This document shows, piece by piece, positions 1 through 12,289 of a stretch of DNA of 64,000 nucleotides. How positions within the stretch are numbered: position 1 is the stretch's first letter; each line of letters starts with the position of its first letter. The stretch is from Octopus sinensis. Lineage: Eukaryota. The stretch lies in NCBI RefSeq assembly GCF_006345805.1, contig NC_043002.1:55180001-55244000 (forward strand), given 5' to 3'. The position numbers and the translations under genes were made by a program. The notes under the pieces are model-generated. The model did no database searches. It saw only the letters and a program-made list of their open reading frames with translations, and had not been told where the DNA came from.

Positions 1-127
1 GTGTAGTACATGTGTTTTCCAACTTGCATATAAAATTGATATTTAGTGAACAAAATTAAAAAAATTTATCTAAACTTGGTTATTAAGTTATTCATGATGG
101 ATTCTTAAATGATTTTTGTAAAAAAAT

Positions 128-232
128 TTAATTAGAACAGCAAATTGTTCTGTTTCCAAGTGGCATCACGGGTCGGAAATTATTTACCAGACGATTATTA
201 TCATTGTCCTTGAGAGATCTTAGAGTAGAAAG
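128..232 (-). CDS. Second, identical copy of CA terminal exon 7 (in tandem duplication)
   Basis: Same 105-nt coding sequence and acceptor as 952-1056, offset 824 bp. Confidence 0.6.
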   Translation of the reverse strand, partial: LSTLRSLKDNDNNRLVNNFRPVMPLGNRTICCSN

Positions 233-951
233 CTGAAAGAAAAATGAAGAAAATACTATATCAGTCAGTTAATTCATGTCTGTTAAAAATTATTTTAATA
301 ACATTATGGCAAATTTAGAAATAGATTTATGTTCTTTTATAATAATTCTAACATCTTCAGTGAAATATGAGAATCAGTCTCTGTACTAGATTGGTACTTT
401 ACTTGGATCAACCCTGGAATGATGAAATCAAACGTAATCCCAGCAGGATTTGAACTCAGAACATAAGGTACATGTCTAAACACTGCAATTATTTGTTCTG
501 ATACTCTAATCTGCTGCCTCTCAAACATTTTTAACTCTAGCTCCCTTAATGCACCGACACATAATAATACCAGACCAGAGAGTAATAGGAATTTAGTTGT
601 GGGTACAAGTTTGACATGTGAGATTACTTATCACGGTTTCAATCTACTGTGAGGGAATGTTTGACCCTAGTCACCTCATGACCTTAGTTATTAACTAAAC
701 ACATCTTTAGCCCAACTCAAGTACATATTCTTTGTAGTCCATATGAAGTCCAGTTGAAATGTAGCTCAATATTCCACACACACGTACACACACACACACA
801 TATATATATATACATATATATTTGTGTGTAGTACATGTGTTTTCCAACTTGCATATAAAATTGATATTTAGTGAACAAAATTAAAAAAATTTATCTAAAC
901 TTGGTTATTAAGTATTCATGATGGATTCTTAAATGATTTTTGTAAAAAAAT

Positions 952-1056
952 TTAATTAGAACAGCAAATTGTTCTGTTTCCAAGTGGCATCACGGGTCGG
1001 AAATTATTTACCAGACGATTATTATCATTGTCCTTGAGAGATCTTAGAGTAGAAAG
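952..1056 (-). CDS. CA: Alpha-carbonic anhydrase, terminal coding exon 7 (proximal copy)
   Basis: Acceptor tttttctttcag|CTT. Encodes LSTLRSLKDNDNNRLVNNFRPVMPLGNRTICCSN* with the N-x-R-P motif. Total CDS 774 nt. Confidence 0.93.
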   Translation of the reverse strand, partial: LSTLRSLKDNDNNRLVNNFRPVMPLGNRTICCSN

Positions 1057-2419
1057 CTGAAAGAAAAATGAAGAAAATACTATATCAGTCAGTTAATTCA
1101 TGTCTGTTAAAAATTATTTTAATAACATTATGGCAAATTTAGAAATAGATTTATGTTCTTTTATAATAATTCTAACATCTTCAGTGAAATATGAGAATCA
1201 GTCTCTGTACTAGATTGGTACTTTACTTGGATCAACCCTGGAATGATGAAATCAAACGTAATCCCAGCAGGATTTGAACTCAGAACATAAAGGTACATGT
1301 CTAAACACTGCAATTATTTGTTCTGATACTCTAATCTGCTGCCTCTCAAACATTTTTAACTCTAGCTCCCTTAATGCACCGACACATAATAATACCAGAC
1401 CAGAGTAATAGGAATTTAGTTGTGGGTACAAGTTTGACATGTGAGATTACTTATCACGGTTTCAATCTACTGTGAGGGAATGTTTGACCCTAGTCACCTC
1501 ATGACCTTAGTTATTAACTAAACACATCTTTAGCCCAACTCAAGTACATATTCTTTGTAGTCCATATGAAGTCCAGTTGAAATGTAGCTCAATATTCCAC
1601 ACACACGTACACACACACACTCATTTTTCTGCTCTTGTGTTAGTTAACATGTCTGTTTAGAATGTGTGTACATTACAAGATTATCAGATGACAATCTTAA
1701 TCAGAATGAATGGTGCTGAAGCATATCGCCATCATCTAACATCTATTTTCCCAAGCTGGCATGGATTGGAAAGTTAGATCATTTCTATGGCTAGATGCCC
1801 TTCCTAATGCCAACCACTTTACAGTGTATACTGGGTGCTTTTCTCATGCCACCACTACTGGTGAGGTTGCCATGCAGCTTGAAACCCTATTAAACTGGAG
1901 GGAAGGGGCTTTATGCAAGCAGCGGAGGGTTAAGTAGGAGAGAAGAGGATGAGGTAGAGCAGGTTTTTATTTTAAGGCAGCTCCATGGGGACTCACATTT
2001 AGAAGAGAGGAGGGAGAGAATGATTCAGTAAGAGCTGAAAAGAGATAAATATTGGTTGAGGTGTCCAGGTGGTGCCTCAAGGTACAATATATATAACCTT
2101 TTAGACGAGATGATAAAAGACCCAAATACCTGACATCTTGTTGTACCTAAGAAAACTCATCTGCCATAGTAAAAGTGATAAGGCTGCTGCCCCTGGGGAA
2201 GAGGACTGATCTGCAAGAGTACTGTGTGGTTGCACTCATGCCAGTGCCATGTACAAGCGCTCGTGCAGTACTATGTTAAAGCACCCAGCAAACACTGTAA
2301 AGTGGTTGGCATTAGGAAGGGCATCCAGCCAGAGAAACCATGCCAAATCAAACTGGAACCTGGTGCAGCTTGCCAGCTCTGATCAAGCTATCCAACTCAT
2401 GGACAATGTTAAATAATGA

Positions 2420-2520
<101 letters not shown>

Positions 2521-4737
2521 GTATAAATATATGCTCACCTACATCAAGATGTTATCTAAGAGATAACAGGTGCAGTGGCAGCCTTTATTACATGTAAGGA
2601 AATATCCACATATTTTAATATCTTACATTATATTTTGGCTTTTGGGTATAATTTACTAAAACAGAGATTATATATGTCCAGTTTTAAGGTGGCAACCTGG
2701 CAGAAACATTAGGGCACAGAACAAAATGTTGAGCAGCGTTTCTTTGGTGTTTAGATCCTCAAGTTCAAATTCTTCAAGGCTGAAATAGTTACGAGTTGAG
2801 CCCTAGGTCCAATGTAATTGACTCCCTCCCTTCCCCAATAATATCAGGCCTTGTGCCTATACTAGAAAAGAGATCTACCCAGTTTTGTCTTATTTACTTT
2901 ATCACATTTTGAAGTCATTGGTTATTGTTATGATTGTGGCAAACAGTTTATCAAAATATTATATCAAGCAATTATCTTTAAACACTTCTAAGGAGGAGAC
3001 AAAAGCAAAACTGTCCACATGGGGCAGGCATTGCTGTGTGACTAAAGAGCTTGTCTTGCAACGAGGCAGTTTCTGGTTCAATCTGAAGTGGCACCTTAAA
3101 GGATCTTCTGGTATAGATCTGGGTTGACCAATACAGGATTGTGAGTGAATTTGGTAGACAGGAAACTGTGTATAAGCTATTATATATACACGCCCACACC
3201 CACGTATGTGTGTGTGTGTGTGTGTCTCACCACCTTCACTTAACTGGTTTTGTTTTTTTGTGCATGCCCATAACTTAGCAGTTTGGCAAAAGATATTAAT
3301 AAAATTTTAAAACATGAGTACATGGGATTAAAACCCTTCAAGGTTATGCCCCAGCATGGCCACAATTCAGTGACTGAAACAAGTAAGAGATAAAAGAAAT
3401 GTACCTATCCACTCCCAACCACCTTGTTTGTCCCCTTCACCCATAGAAATGGTGCCCACAAAGAACCCCCCCCCCCTACTTTGAGAAGCTGCTGCCAACC
3501 CTCATTAAACCCTTTAGCATTTTAACCAGCCACATCCAGCCCAAATATTCTGTGTTTGATGTTCAAGCTGACCAGATCTGGCTTCTCACACTTACCCTAC
3601 AGTGTCATTCTAAAACTAGACAATTGCATCATTGAAATCTTGTTAATCTGCGACAATTTATTCAAAGACGATGTGAATAAATAAATATTTCATTTGACTG
3701 AATTACCTGATTGCGAAATTGTTAAATTTTGTTAACGACAAAATTCTGGTTTGTCAATTAGTGTAATTGGAGTTGGTGGAGGTTTACTTTTAGAAATATT
3801 AATAAGGAATTAATGAAAAATAAAGAAAGAGTAATGAGAAATAAACATGTAAAGAATGAGACATTGTTGCAGCAGTCAATGGAATATCTTTGAGAAACTG
3901 AAGATTAAATGGCAATGGTTTGCACAACAGCAGCAGCAGCAGGGAATTTATACACACACAACATACAAAGAACACTTGTTGTACTAACATATACCTGAAC
4001 AATAATGTTAACACACACACATACAGACACACAAATATGTGACTACACGCACACATACAGAGCGATTCAAACAGAACAATCTTGTTATACAAAAACATCA
4101 TCATCATCATCATCATCATATCATCGTTTAACGCCCATTTTCCATGCTAGCATGGGTATACAATTATAATAACACACAGACACTAGTCATGTTCTACAAA
4201 ACAAATATAAAGTAATTCTGGATGACGACTTGACAGGAAAAAGAAAGAAATGTTTCCCAGCCCCATGGTTCCAGGTTCAGTCCTCCTGCAAGCCTCTCTT
4301 GTGTGTGTGTGTGTGTGTGTGTGAATGTGTGCATGCACGCGTGTGTATGTTTACCCACTACTATCACTTGAGAACTAGTGTTTGTTTACAGCCCCATAAC
4401 TTAGCATCAAGGTAAAAGAAACTAACAGAATAATTACCAGGCTTAAGAAATAAGTCCTGGGGTTGATTTGTTTGACCAGACCCTTCAAGGTGGTGCCCCA
4501 GCATGGCCACGGTCCAATGATTCATAAAATGTTGATAAATCTTTCAAGAATTTGAAGAAGTCTTCTGGCTTTCCATTAATCTGATTAATTAATGTTCCAC
4601 TTAATATATTTCTTAACTGTTTACCTTAATTACTTTATAACTGTTTAATTATTATTAATTGTGTGTCGTTAACAAAGCCTAACAATACTTCATGCTAATG
4701 TCCCCAAGCCTGGAATGATGTAAGCACTGAGCTAAAG

Positions 4738-5056
4738 AAGGCACATGGCTTAGTGGTTTGGGTATTTGGCTCACGATTGTAAGGTCATGAGTTCAATTCC
4801 TGGCAGTGTGTTGGATCTTGAGCAACACACTTTATTTCATGTTGCTCCATTGCACTCAGTTGGCCAAAATGAGTTGTACCTGTAATTTCAAAGGGCCCAA
4901 CCATGTCACATTCTGCATCACACTGAATCTTCCTAAGAACTACATTAACGGTACATGTGTCTGTGAAGTGCTCACCCACTTGCACATTCATTCCATGAAC
5001 TGGCTGTTCCATTGATCAACAGGAACTCTTGTCTTCATAACTGATAGAGTGCCAGT
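4738..5056 (+). mobile_element. tRNA-derived SINE with CORE-like central domain (also ~8040(-), 41930(-), 47640(-), 48540(-))
   Basis: A box TGGCTTAGTGG and B box GAGTTCAATTCC, then ttgagcaacacactttatttcatgttgctcc...actcag. Confidence 0.72.
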
Positions 5057-5687
5057 TGAGCACTGAGCCATCACTAAGTGTTTGACAAAAATGAATTATG
5101 ACGGATGTTGTTGTCACTTTTCTTGTCAACAGAAGTTTGAATGGCTTTCTGCTGTAACCAAATAAGTGTGACAGTTCTCTTCATACCAAATCTACAACAG
5201 AACTGACGAACGGGACAAACTATTTGAATATTTAATTCCATTGTGGTCTTCATTGTATATTTGGCCAGCACAATTCTTCAGAGCATTAACAGATACAACT
5301 GCCATACTTAGGGACTCAATCATTTGGATATTTTAGCTGAGAAAAGGGGATTCCATTCAAAAGAAAATTTATTTCATTGGATGCAATTGAAGCAGAACAA
5401 AGCACTGGGCCTTTAAAAAAAGTTCCTTGGGGATTCAAAGACATTCTTCTTGGAGCAGCTGCATCCTCACACCCCTAAACTCAATCATTCTACTCCAGAA
5501 TGGAACATCTTCTGGAACTTTCTTTAGCTCTCTACTAATCTCTTCTTTTTTTAGACAAAACATTCATGGCACCAAATTTCTCCAGTTACTCTATTTTCTC
5601 TTCCACAAAATTCTATAAAAACAGGGATTCAGTGTTCGACCTTCCAATCACATTAAGGAATAATTAAAAAAATATTTTTTTGTTTAC

Positions 5688-5797
5688 CTGTTCTTTGGAA
5701 CAGCCAATTGTTTCCTGACAGACAATCCAAGTGACACTTTCATGACATGGAGGGGTGGTCAAGGAACCAGGGTAAGTATAAAATTTGTTGATGTCAC
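5688..5797 (-). CDS. CA: Alpha-carbonic anhydrase, coding exon 6 (GSLTTPP, Thr199)
   Basis: Acceptor ttcttcag|GT GAC and donor CAG|GTAAAC; 110 nt. Encodes [37 protein letters not shown]. Confidence 0.97.
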
Positions 5798-6628
5798 CTG
5801 AAGAATAAACAGGAATTTTTATTATTTTGGTCAGCAATAAAGTATTTAGAAAAATAATAATTTCAATAAAAGTCACAGAAAGAAACAGAAACTGGAATCC
5901 AAGTTTTAAAGCTTCACAATTAGCTGGTGGGGGTGGGGAGGACATCTGTTGTAGCCCTGGGTTGACCAAAACCTTGTGAGGGAATATGGTAGATAGAAAC
6001 TGAAAGGGGTCTGGAGTGTGTGTGTGACTGAAAAGCTTGGATTTGAGTTTTCCAAGCTGTTCATTTCCAATTATCAACTGGTAAAGTAAACCAGGTTTCG
6101 TTTGGAATATTCACTGATTGGAACGAGCAACTCAGAGTTACTGGAAATTGAAACCTTTCAGTTATGATGTATTAAAGAAGGCTCTTCATGGGTATTGAGT
6201 CCTGCAATTTATCACTTTTGGGTAATCAACGGATGTGTGTGTGTAGCATTTATGTATGTGTGTCTACATTTGCACTTTACAAAAGTGAGCTTTGAGTGAC
6301 ATTGTTGTCACTTTTCTTGTCTATTTTCTTTGTGCCTTCAAAAGACATGAAATAAGAGATCCCTTCCTGGAAAAGTAGGTAAGGGTTAGTGACAGGAAGA
6401 GCATTCATTTGTAAGACTATGCTTCAATAATATATTCATCAAATCCCTGCTAACATGGGAAAGTAGAATAATGGACAAACAAGCATCTCCGTGCACACAC
6501 ACACTGGTATAATGGGTTCTTCTGCTGGGAAGAATGTAGAAGTACTATGTTGTTCTATATTTAAGAGATGAGGAATTATTTACATTATTTACATTTGACG
6601 GATATTTCTCTTCATCTTGTTTATTGTT

Positions 6629-6674
6629 AACACAACGTTTCGGTTGATATACCCTCCAGCCTTCATCAGGTGTC
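6629..6674 (-). ncRNA. Minimal type I hammerhead in inverted SINE copy (sense in CA pre-mRNA)
   Basis: GACAC-CUGAUGA-A-GGCUG...CAACC-GAAA-CGU-U/GUGUU; one mismatch in stem II. Confidence 0.62.
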
Positions 6675-6897
6675 TTGGGGAAATTTTGAACCTGGGTTCT
6701 CATTCCCAAAGTATTTTTCGATATTATTATTATTATCATTCTGGTCACTGCCATAAGCTTGTGGGCATATGGCATAGTGGTTAAGACCATGGGCTACGAA
6801 CCCCAAGATTCTGAGTTCGATTCCAAGCAGTAACCTGAATAATAATAACATTGAAAAATACCTTAGGAATGAGAACTCAGGTTCGAAATTTCCTCAA

Positions 6898-6943
6898 GAC
6901 ACCTGATGAAGGTTGGAGGGTATATCAGCCGAAATGTTGTGTT
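6898..6943 (+). ncRNA. Minimal type I hammerhead in SINE body (wobble variants)
   Basis: GACAC-CUGAUGA-A-GGUUG...CAGCC-GAAA-UGU-U/GUGUU. Confidence 0.6.
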
Positions 6944-7820
6944 AACAACAAATGAGATGAGGACAAAATATCCAAAAAATGGAAATAATGTAAATAAAGT
7001 ACTATGTTATTTCTTTGCAGAGTTTCAGTGAGAAACTTCCAGCAACATCCTTTACTTGTTTCACTCACCTTGATTTCCTCTCACCAAAGTTTGATAACAA
7101 TTAAAATAAAGAAACACATCCTTATTGAGCAATCAGGAGAAAGAGTTTGCTTTTAATGGAAAAAGTCAGTTTGTGCAGTGTCTACTCTACTCTCTTCTTG
7201 TAATTGCAAAACCTGAACTAAGGCACAATGTGTCACATGACATCCCCATGATGTATGTTCATGAAGCACAAAACTCTGACAAACTGGTGCTGATCTCTTT
7301 CCCTATAACCACTATCCTATATGAAGTTCTCTTTAACTGAAGTTAGTTTAAAAGGCACAGATGTGACTGTGTGGTAAGAAGTTTGCTTCCCAAACACATG
7401 GTTCCAGGTTCAGTCCCACTGCATGGTACCTTGGGCAAGTGTCTTCTTCTATAGCCTCTGGCTGACCAAAGCCTTGGGAGTGGATTTGGTAGAGTGATAT
7501 TATGTAGCAAACCATCTGTTGCCATGGCGGAGATATTTTAGAAACAGGTTTACAGGTGCTTAGCTAGCAGAAGACTATATAAGTGACTGGTCGTTGTATC
7601 TACATTTATAGATAGTGACTCATCTACAACTGGAATCTGCTCTTCCCCAGCACATTTTCTCATTCCTCAACTTTCATCTCCCAGCATAAAGACCATCCAC
7701 CTGATTTCATAGTTTTGCAAGCTACTGGAGGACTTCATGAGTGTTGGTGGCACAAAAGAAAGAACTCAATACACGCTCTAAAACTGTGTTGCATTGATTC
7801 TGTTAGAGGGTTATGCTTAA

Positions 7821-8040
7821 CCCTTTAGCATTAAAACTGGCCATGTCCTGCCCAAAATATTCTACTTGTTGCATGTTCAAACTGGGTAGATCCAGCCTAT
7901 CACACCCACCCTACAATCTCATTATAAAAATAAACAATCACATCATTGAAACCACATTGCTAGGATATAATGCATGATTCATTCAAAACAATCTGATTAA
8001 ATAAGCTTTACATTTGACAAAATAATCTGAATGCTTAAGG
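7821..8040. mobile_element. piggyBac-like MITE family copy (second copy at ~3510-3710)
   Basis: Starts ttaa-CCCTTTAGCATT and ends with degenerate AATGCTTAAGG. Homologous to 3510-3710. Confidence 0.5.
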
Positions 8041-8381
8041 ACAAAGGGTGCATGTATCTGTGGAATACTCGGTCAATTACAGATTAATTAGTTGACAAGT
8101 AAATGAGTTGATTAAACAATTGAATGACAGCTGTCCACTCGACCAGCATCGAATTGAGGGTCACATTGCACACAGACACAATGGGTTTACTGCATGGGTT
8201 GCAGCATAGCAATGTGTGCTCATTACACTTCCTTTACTGTCCAACTGTTCTCGTATCCTTCAAGGCCAGCATTTCTCAACTGCAGCTCCCAGGGACGCCT
8301 CTGTCATTCATATTAGAAGATTCCACATGTTTTTTACAACAGAGATAACCACAAAGAAATGCAATAAATAGAGGAACTTAC

Positions 8382-8496
8382 CAGGAAGCAGACCAGGTAA
8401 ATCGAAGGCTGAAGTCATTACAAAGTTTGTAGCAGGAGATGTCACCTTCTCCATGGCATCACAGACTTGTTTCAGGGCAGCATTTGGTTCTCCAAT
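8382..8496 (-). CDS. CA: Alpha-carbonic anhydrase, coding exon 5
   Basis: Acceptor cacaaaag|ATT and donor CCT G|GTAAGT; 115 nt. Encodes IGEPNAALKQVCDAMEKVTSPATNFVMTSAFDLPGLLP. Phases 0 to 1 fit both neighbouring exons. Confidence 0.92.
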
Positions 8497-8667
8497 CTTT
8501 TGTGGAATAGCGAAAAATTGAAGAGAGGAAAACCAAAAATTACAACAGGAATAACAAACGTAATTTATTGTTTAATAGTCTTATAAAAGGGTGATAGGAA
8601 TTTCCACCATAATCATTTCTACCATAGGAAAATTCACTGCGTAGGAAAATATGTAATTAAATAACAA

Positions 8668-8778
8668 TATACATTATTTACATTTGACAGATATTTGTCA
8701 TCTTGTTTGACAAATATCCATCAAATGTAAATAATGTAAATAATGTACATAATTCCTCATCTCTTAAATATAGAACTG
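8668..8778. mobile_element. Short hairpin remnant of the hammerhead-SINE family (inverted tail plus forward tail)
   Basis: acattatttacatttgacagatatttgtc ... gacaaatatccatcaaatgtaaataatg ... ctcatctcttaaatatagaac; flanks attaaataac/attaaatgac. Confidence 0.7.
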
Positions 8779-10394
8779 TATTAAATGACTTAATGTTTTC
8801 TTTTCCTGACCACATAAGTGTTCCTAATTAGATTTCAATTAAGATAATTGTAATTACTTCGATTGTATGTTGATTCCAGATTTTAAATACTGTAAAACAG
8901 ACTCTTTCTCAGTTGCGTGGATAATCTCAGTTAATCAAAGATTTCAGTTCCCAGTATCAGATGTGTGAGACTTTATTGTGTAAGTCTTTAGCAGAACTCT
9001 TCCTTCAGGTTCTTCCACTGTAACCATATTCTTGCTGATATTCCACATCACTACATTCTGTTTACTTTGCAGTGAAATTTCTTCAGGCAAAAATGTTTAC
9101 AGCAAATTCTCTGGACATGTTATAAAAGGTGACCAATGAGGGAACGTTGGATGGGCAGGTTATTAAAAGGGTGCATTGGGGTAGGGATGTTAGTATGTTG
9201 GGGGTGGGGGCTACCCAGAAATGGAATGAAATGAAACAAAACAAAACAACAGAATCAAAGCTGTCCCTTGCAGCAAAAAAGTGTGTGACCAGGCAGCTTG
9301 GAATTGTTTTAGGGGTCTGTTTGGTTGTGAGCAGACAGACACCCTGTTGGACAACTCACTCTTGACTCAGGACATCCAGGTGGTGACAGCTGGAGGGAGG
9401 GAGAGAGAGAGAGAGAGAGCTGTATCAACACTAGGTTGGTAGTAGCAAAATGAAATGAAGTGCCTTGCTTAAGGACACAACATGCTTACCCAGTCAAGGA
9501 ACTGGATCCATGGCATTATGGTCATGAAGCTAACACCCCTACCCACTAGGCTACATCCTTTCCAAACCATATACACATAATATACCAAGGCGGGGATTAT
9601 CACTTGGGGTCAATCAAAGAAATCCCTGTATCCAGGATTAGTTTGATTTTCAAAGGTAAGTGCCTTCCTGCAGCTGTATTCCCCAGCCTGTAGGAGTAGG
9701 CTGTGGGAGCAGGCTGTAGGAGCAGGCTGTAGGAGCAGGCTGACATTAAACCAATTCACTCAGGTTATTCTTGTCATTCACTTTTCAACAAGTTTACTGG
9801 AAGATAGCATCTCTCTCTCTCTTCTCTAAGTGAAACTCAAAGTTGAGGAAGGTTTGATTGAAGGGGAGGACTCTTTGCTCTGTCCTTCAGTTGTATCCAC
9901 CAAACAACCTTTTGACCTTTGCCACTTTATCCTTCATGACCCAAAGAAAGGTGACAGCAGTGGTGCTAATAACAATGGATTCTAATTTAGGCAGAAGGCC
10001 AGTAATATGGAGGAGTTGGGATGAGAGGATGGTCACTACCACTGACCCTAGTCCTGAAAAGATGACCAGTAAAGTCAACAACTGCAGGATTTGAACTTAG
10101 AATATAAAGTCTTGGAAGAAATCCTGCAAGCCATTTTCCCAATGCTGTCTTAATTCTATCAATTCACCATTCTAAATAATAATTGGGTCCAACTGAAGTA
10201 CAAGGCCAGTAATTTTGAGGGGATAGATGAGTTGATTATGTCGACACCAGTACTTGACTGATGTTTCTTTTATTGACCCCAAAAGGATGAAAGGCAAAGT
10301 CAACCTTGGTGGAATTTGAACTCTGAACCTGAAGACGGATAAAATACTAAGCATTTGTCTGGCATGCTAATGGTTCTGTCAGCTCGCCACCTTA

Positions 10395-10670
10395 AATAAT
10401 CATCATTTAATGTCTGTTTTCCATGCTGTCATGGGTTGGACGGTTTGACTGGGGACTGGCAAGCCAGAAGGCTGTACTGGGTTCCAATCTAATCTGGCAG
10501 AGGTTTCTACAGCTGGATGCCCTTCCTAACACCAACCACTCTGAGACTGTAGCAGAGGCATTTTACATGCTACTAGCATGAGGGCCAGTCAGGTGGCACT
10601 GGTAATGGCCATGCTTGAATGGTGCTTTTTACATGTCACTGGCACAGGAGCCAGTTAGGCGGCACCAAAT
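10395..10670 (+). mobile_element. SINE/LINE-tail family C (representative; also ~1720, 2240(-), 14170(-), 33925)
   Basis: catcatttaa...ttttccatgctggcatggg...ggatgcccttcctaacgccaaccac is shared among copies. Confidence 0.75.
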
Positions 10671-10974
10671 AATAATAATGGTTTCAAATTTTGCTACAAA
10701 GGCAGCTTGGGGGAGGTGGGGAGGAGTTGATTACATCAACCCTAGTATTTAACTGGTACTTGTTTTATCAACCCCGAAAGAATGAAAGGCAAAGTCAACC
10801 CCGGCAAAACCCTGCCAGATCAGATTGAAGCCTGGTGCAGCCATCTGGTTCGCCAGTCCTCAGTCAAATCATCCAACCTATGCTAGCTTGGGAAGTGGAC
10901 ATTAAACGATGATGAGGATGATGATGATGCTAAGTAATTTTCCTGGTATGCTAACAATTCTACCAGCTCACCAC

Positions 10975-10975
10975 T

Positions 10976-11033
<58 letters not shown>

Positions 11034-11047
11034 TGATGATGATGATA

Positions 11048-11105
<58 letters not shown>

Positions 11106-11130
11106 TAACAACAACAACAACAACAACAAA
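10975..11130. repeat. (AAT)n/(GAT)n/(AAC)n microsatellite (representative of many simple repeats)
   Basis: Direct reading. Similar (TA)n, (CA)n, (TATG)n, (AG)n and (ATCT)n tracts occur throughout the window and generate most low-complexity ORFs in the track. Confidence 0.97.
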
Positions 11131-12193
11131 ACTAAAAAAGTATTTTTTGAACTAAGCACAAAGCTAGAGTGTTTCAGGAAGGGGCAAAACAATTGAAATG
11201 CTTCTAGTCCTTCACTGACACAAACCTTTATTGACCCTAAAAAGGACAAAAGAGACAAAACATATCAAACAGGAACGGATTGTTGGTCCCTCTCTTCAAT
11301 AATTCCACACATTGCCCTGTCCTCAAGTGATTTCTCACAACTGTACAATGTCAGAAATGGTGCCGGAGATGTTTCAGTTCGTTGAGTCAATCTTATCAAA
11401 TTATGGATAATTTCATTAACCAGCAACAGTGCCACCATATAGCTGCTTCATGTGCTAGAAATAACAACCAAATTTCTCAGATACTATTCCACCATCTTAT
11501 AAACAAACCACACGTTCTGCAAAATGTAGTCCTAAATATATATAAAAAGATATGATCTTAGAAGCAAAAGCCTTTGATGATAGGCTTTTTCTAGTCAGGA
11601 ATGACCTAGGGTTAAACAATCTTCATCATCATGATGAACCCCAGGACCTTACTTATAGGGCAGATTGCCCAGTTTCCATGGTGAACAACTGAGATCACAA
11701 CAGCTGAATGGACTGGAACAATATGGAAAGGAAGGGCTTTTCTCAAAAACACAAAATTCCATCTTATTTCTTTTCCATCTGGCTTGTGAATTGAAACCAC
11801 AATCTTGTGATTGTCAGTGCAACACCCTAATCACTCACCTTCATTGAGATTTCATAAACCTGTGCACTATTTACATCAGGCTCCTAGCGCCAACTAGGCT
11901 TACATGTTATGACCCCAAGTATTATAAAATATGGAATTTTTGCAGTTCACAGATTGGTCTTTATTTGAAGAGAGACTCCTTTATTCAAGGTAGTTACTTG
12001 ACTTGTAAAGAATAGCAGCCAAATCCTCCTCAAATCACATCTTACTGTCTTAATAAATGAAGAACATATTTGATAATGTAGTCCTAGATAGACTAATTGA
12101 AAAGTAGGAGGGAGGAAGGATGGTGATGGCTGTGGAATGTTTTTGATCATGGATCTGCAGGATCAGTACCAATTTAGAAGAACAAAAATGTAC

Positions 12194-12289
12194 CTTTAGC
12201 ATGACACCTAAGACAGACAACCCATCATCGGCAGCTGCAGCTTCTGCAAATGTATCGTATTTGTTGTAGTTCCAGTGAACCAAATGTAA
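12194..12289 (-). CDS. CA: Alpha-carbonic anhydrase, coding exon 4 (Zn ligand His119)
   Basis: Acceptor aatttcag|TTA and donor AAG|GTACAT; 96 nt. Encodes LHLVHWNYNKYDTFAEAAAADDGLSVLGVMLK. Confidence 0.97.

Larger units (their letters stand above)
1..1620. repeat. ~824-bp near-identical tandem duplication (1-~800 and ~826-1620) containing CA exon 7 and its 3' flank
   Basis: The copies align end to end. The differences I found are three small indels (taagttattc/taagtattc, acataagg/acataaagg, ccagagagta/ccagagta). The junction lies in a (CA)n(TA)n tract. Confidence 0.92.
6552..6996. mobile_element. tRNA-headed, hammerhead-containing SINE with 5'-inverted duplicate, flanked by a 12-bp direct repeat (CA intron 5)
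   Basis: A box TGGCATAGTGG (6770) and B box GAGTTCGATTCC (6813). The inverted copy spans 6552-6750. Flanks are aagtactatgtt at 6540-6551 and 6997-7008. Confidence 0.85.

Noticed and set aside
5050-5640. Coding-looking fragments on the minus strand just downstream of CA exon 6
   Set aside because: Multiple stops in all frames and no diagnostic motif. It may be an old transposase relic but cannot be supported.
6764-6835. tRNA gene-like sequence (also the heads of other SINEs)
   Set aside because: A and B boxes are present, but there is no complete cloverleaf and they are fused to repeat bodies. They are SINE heads, not tRNA genes.
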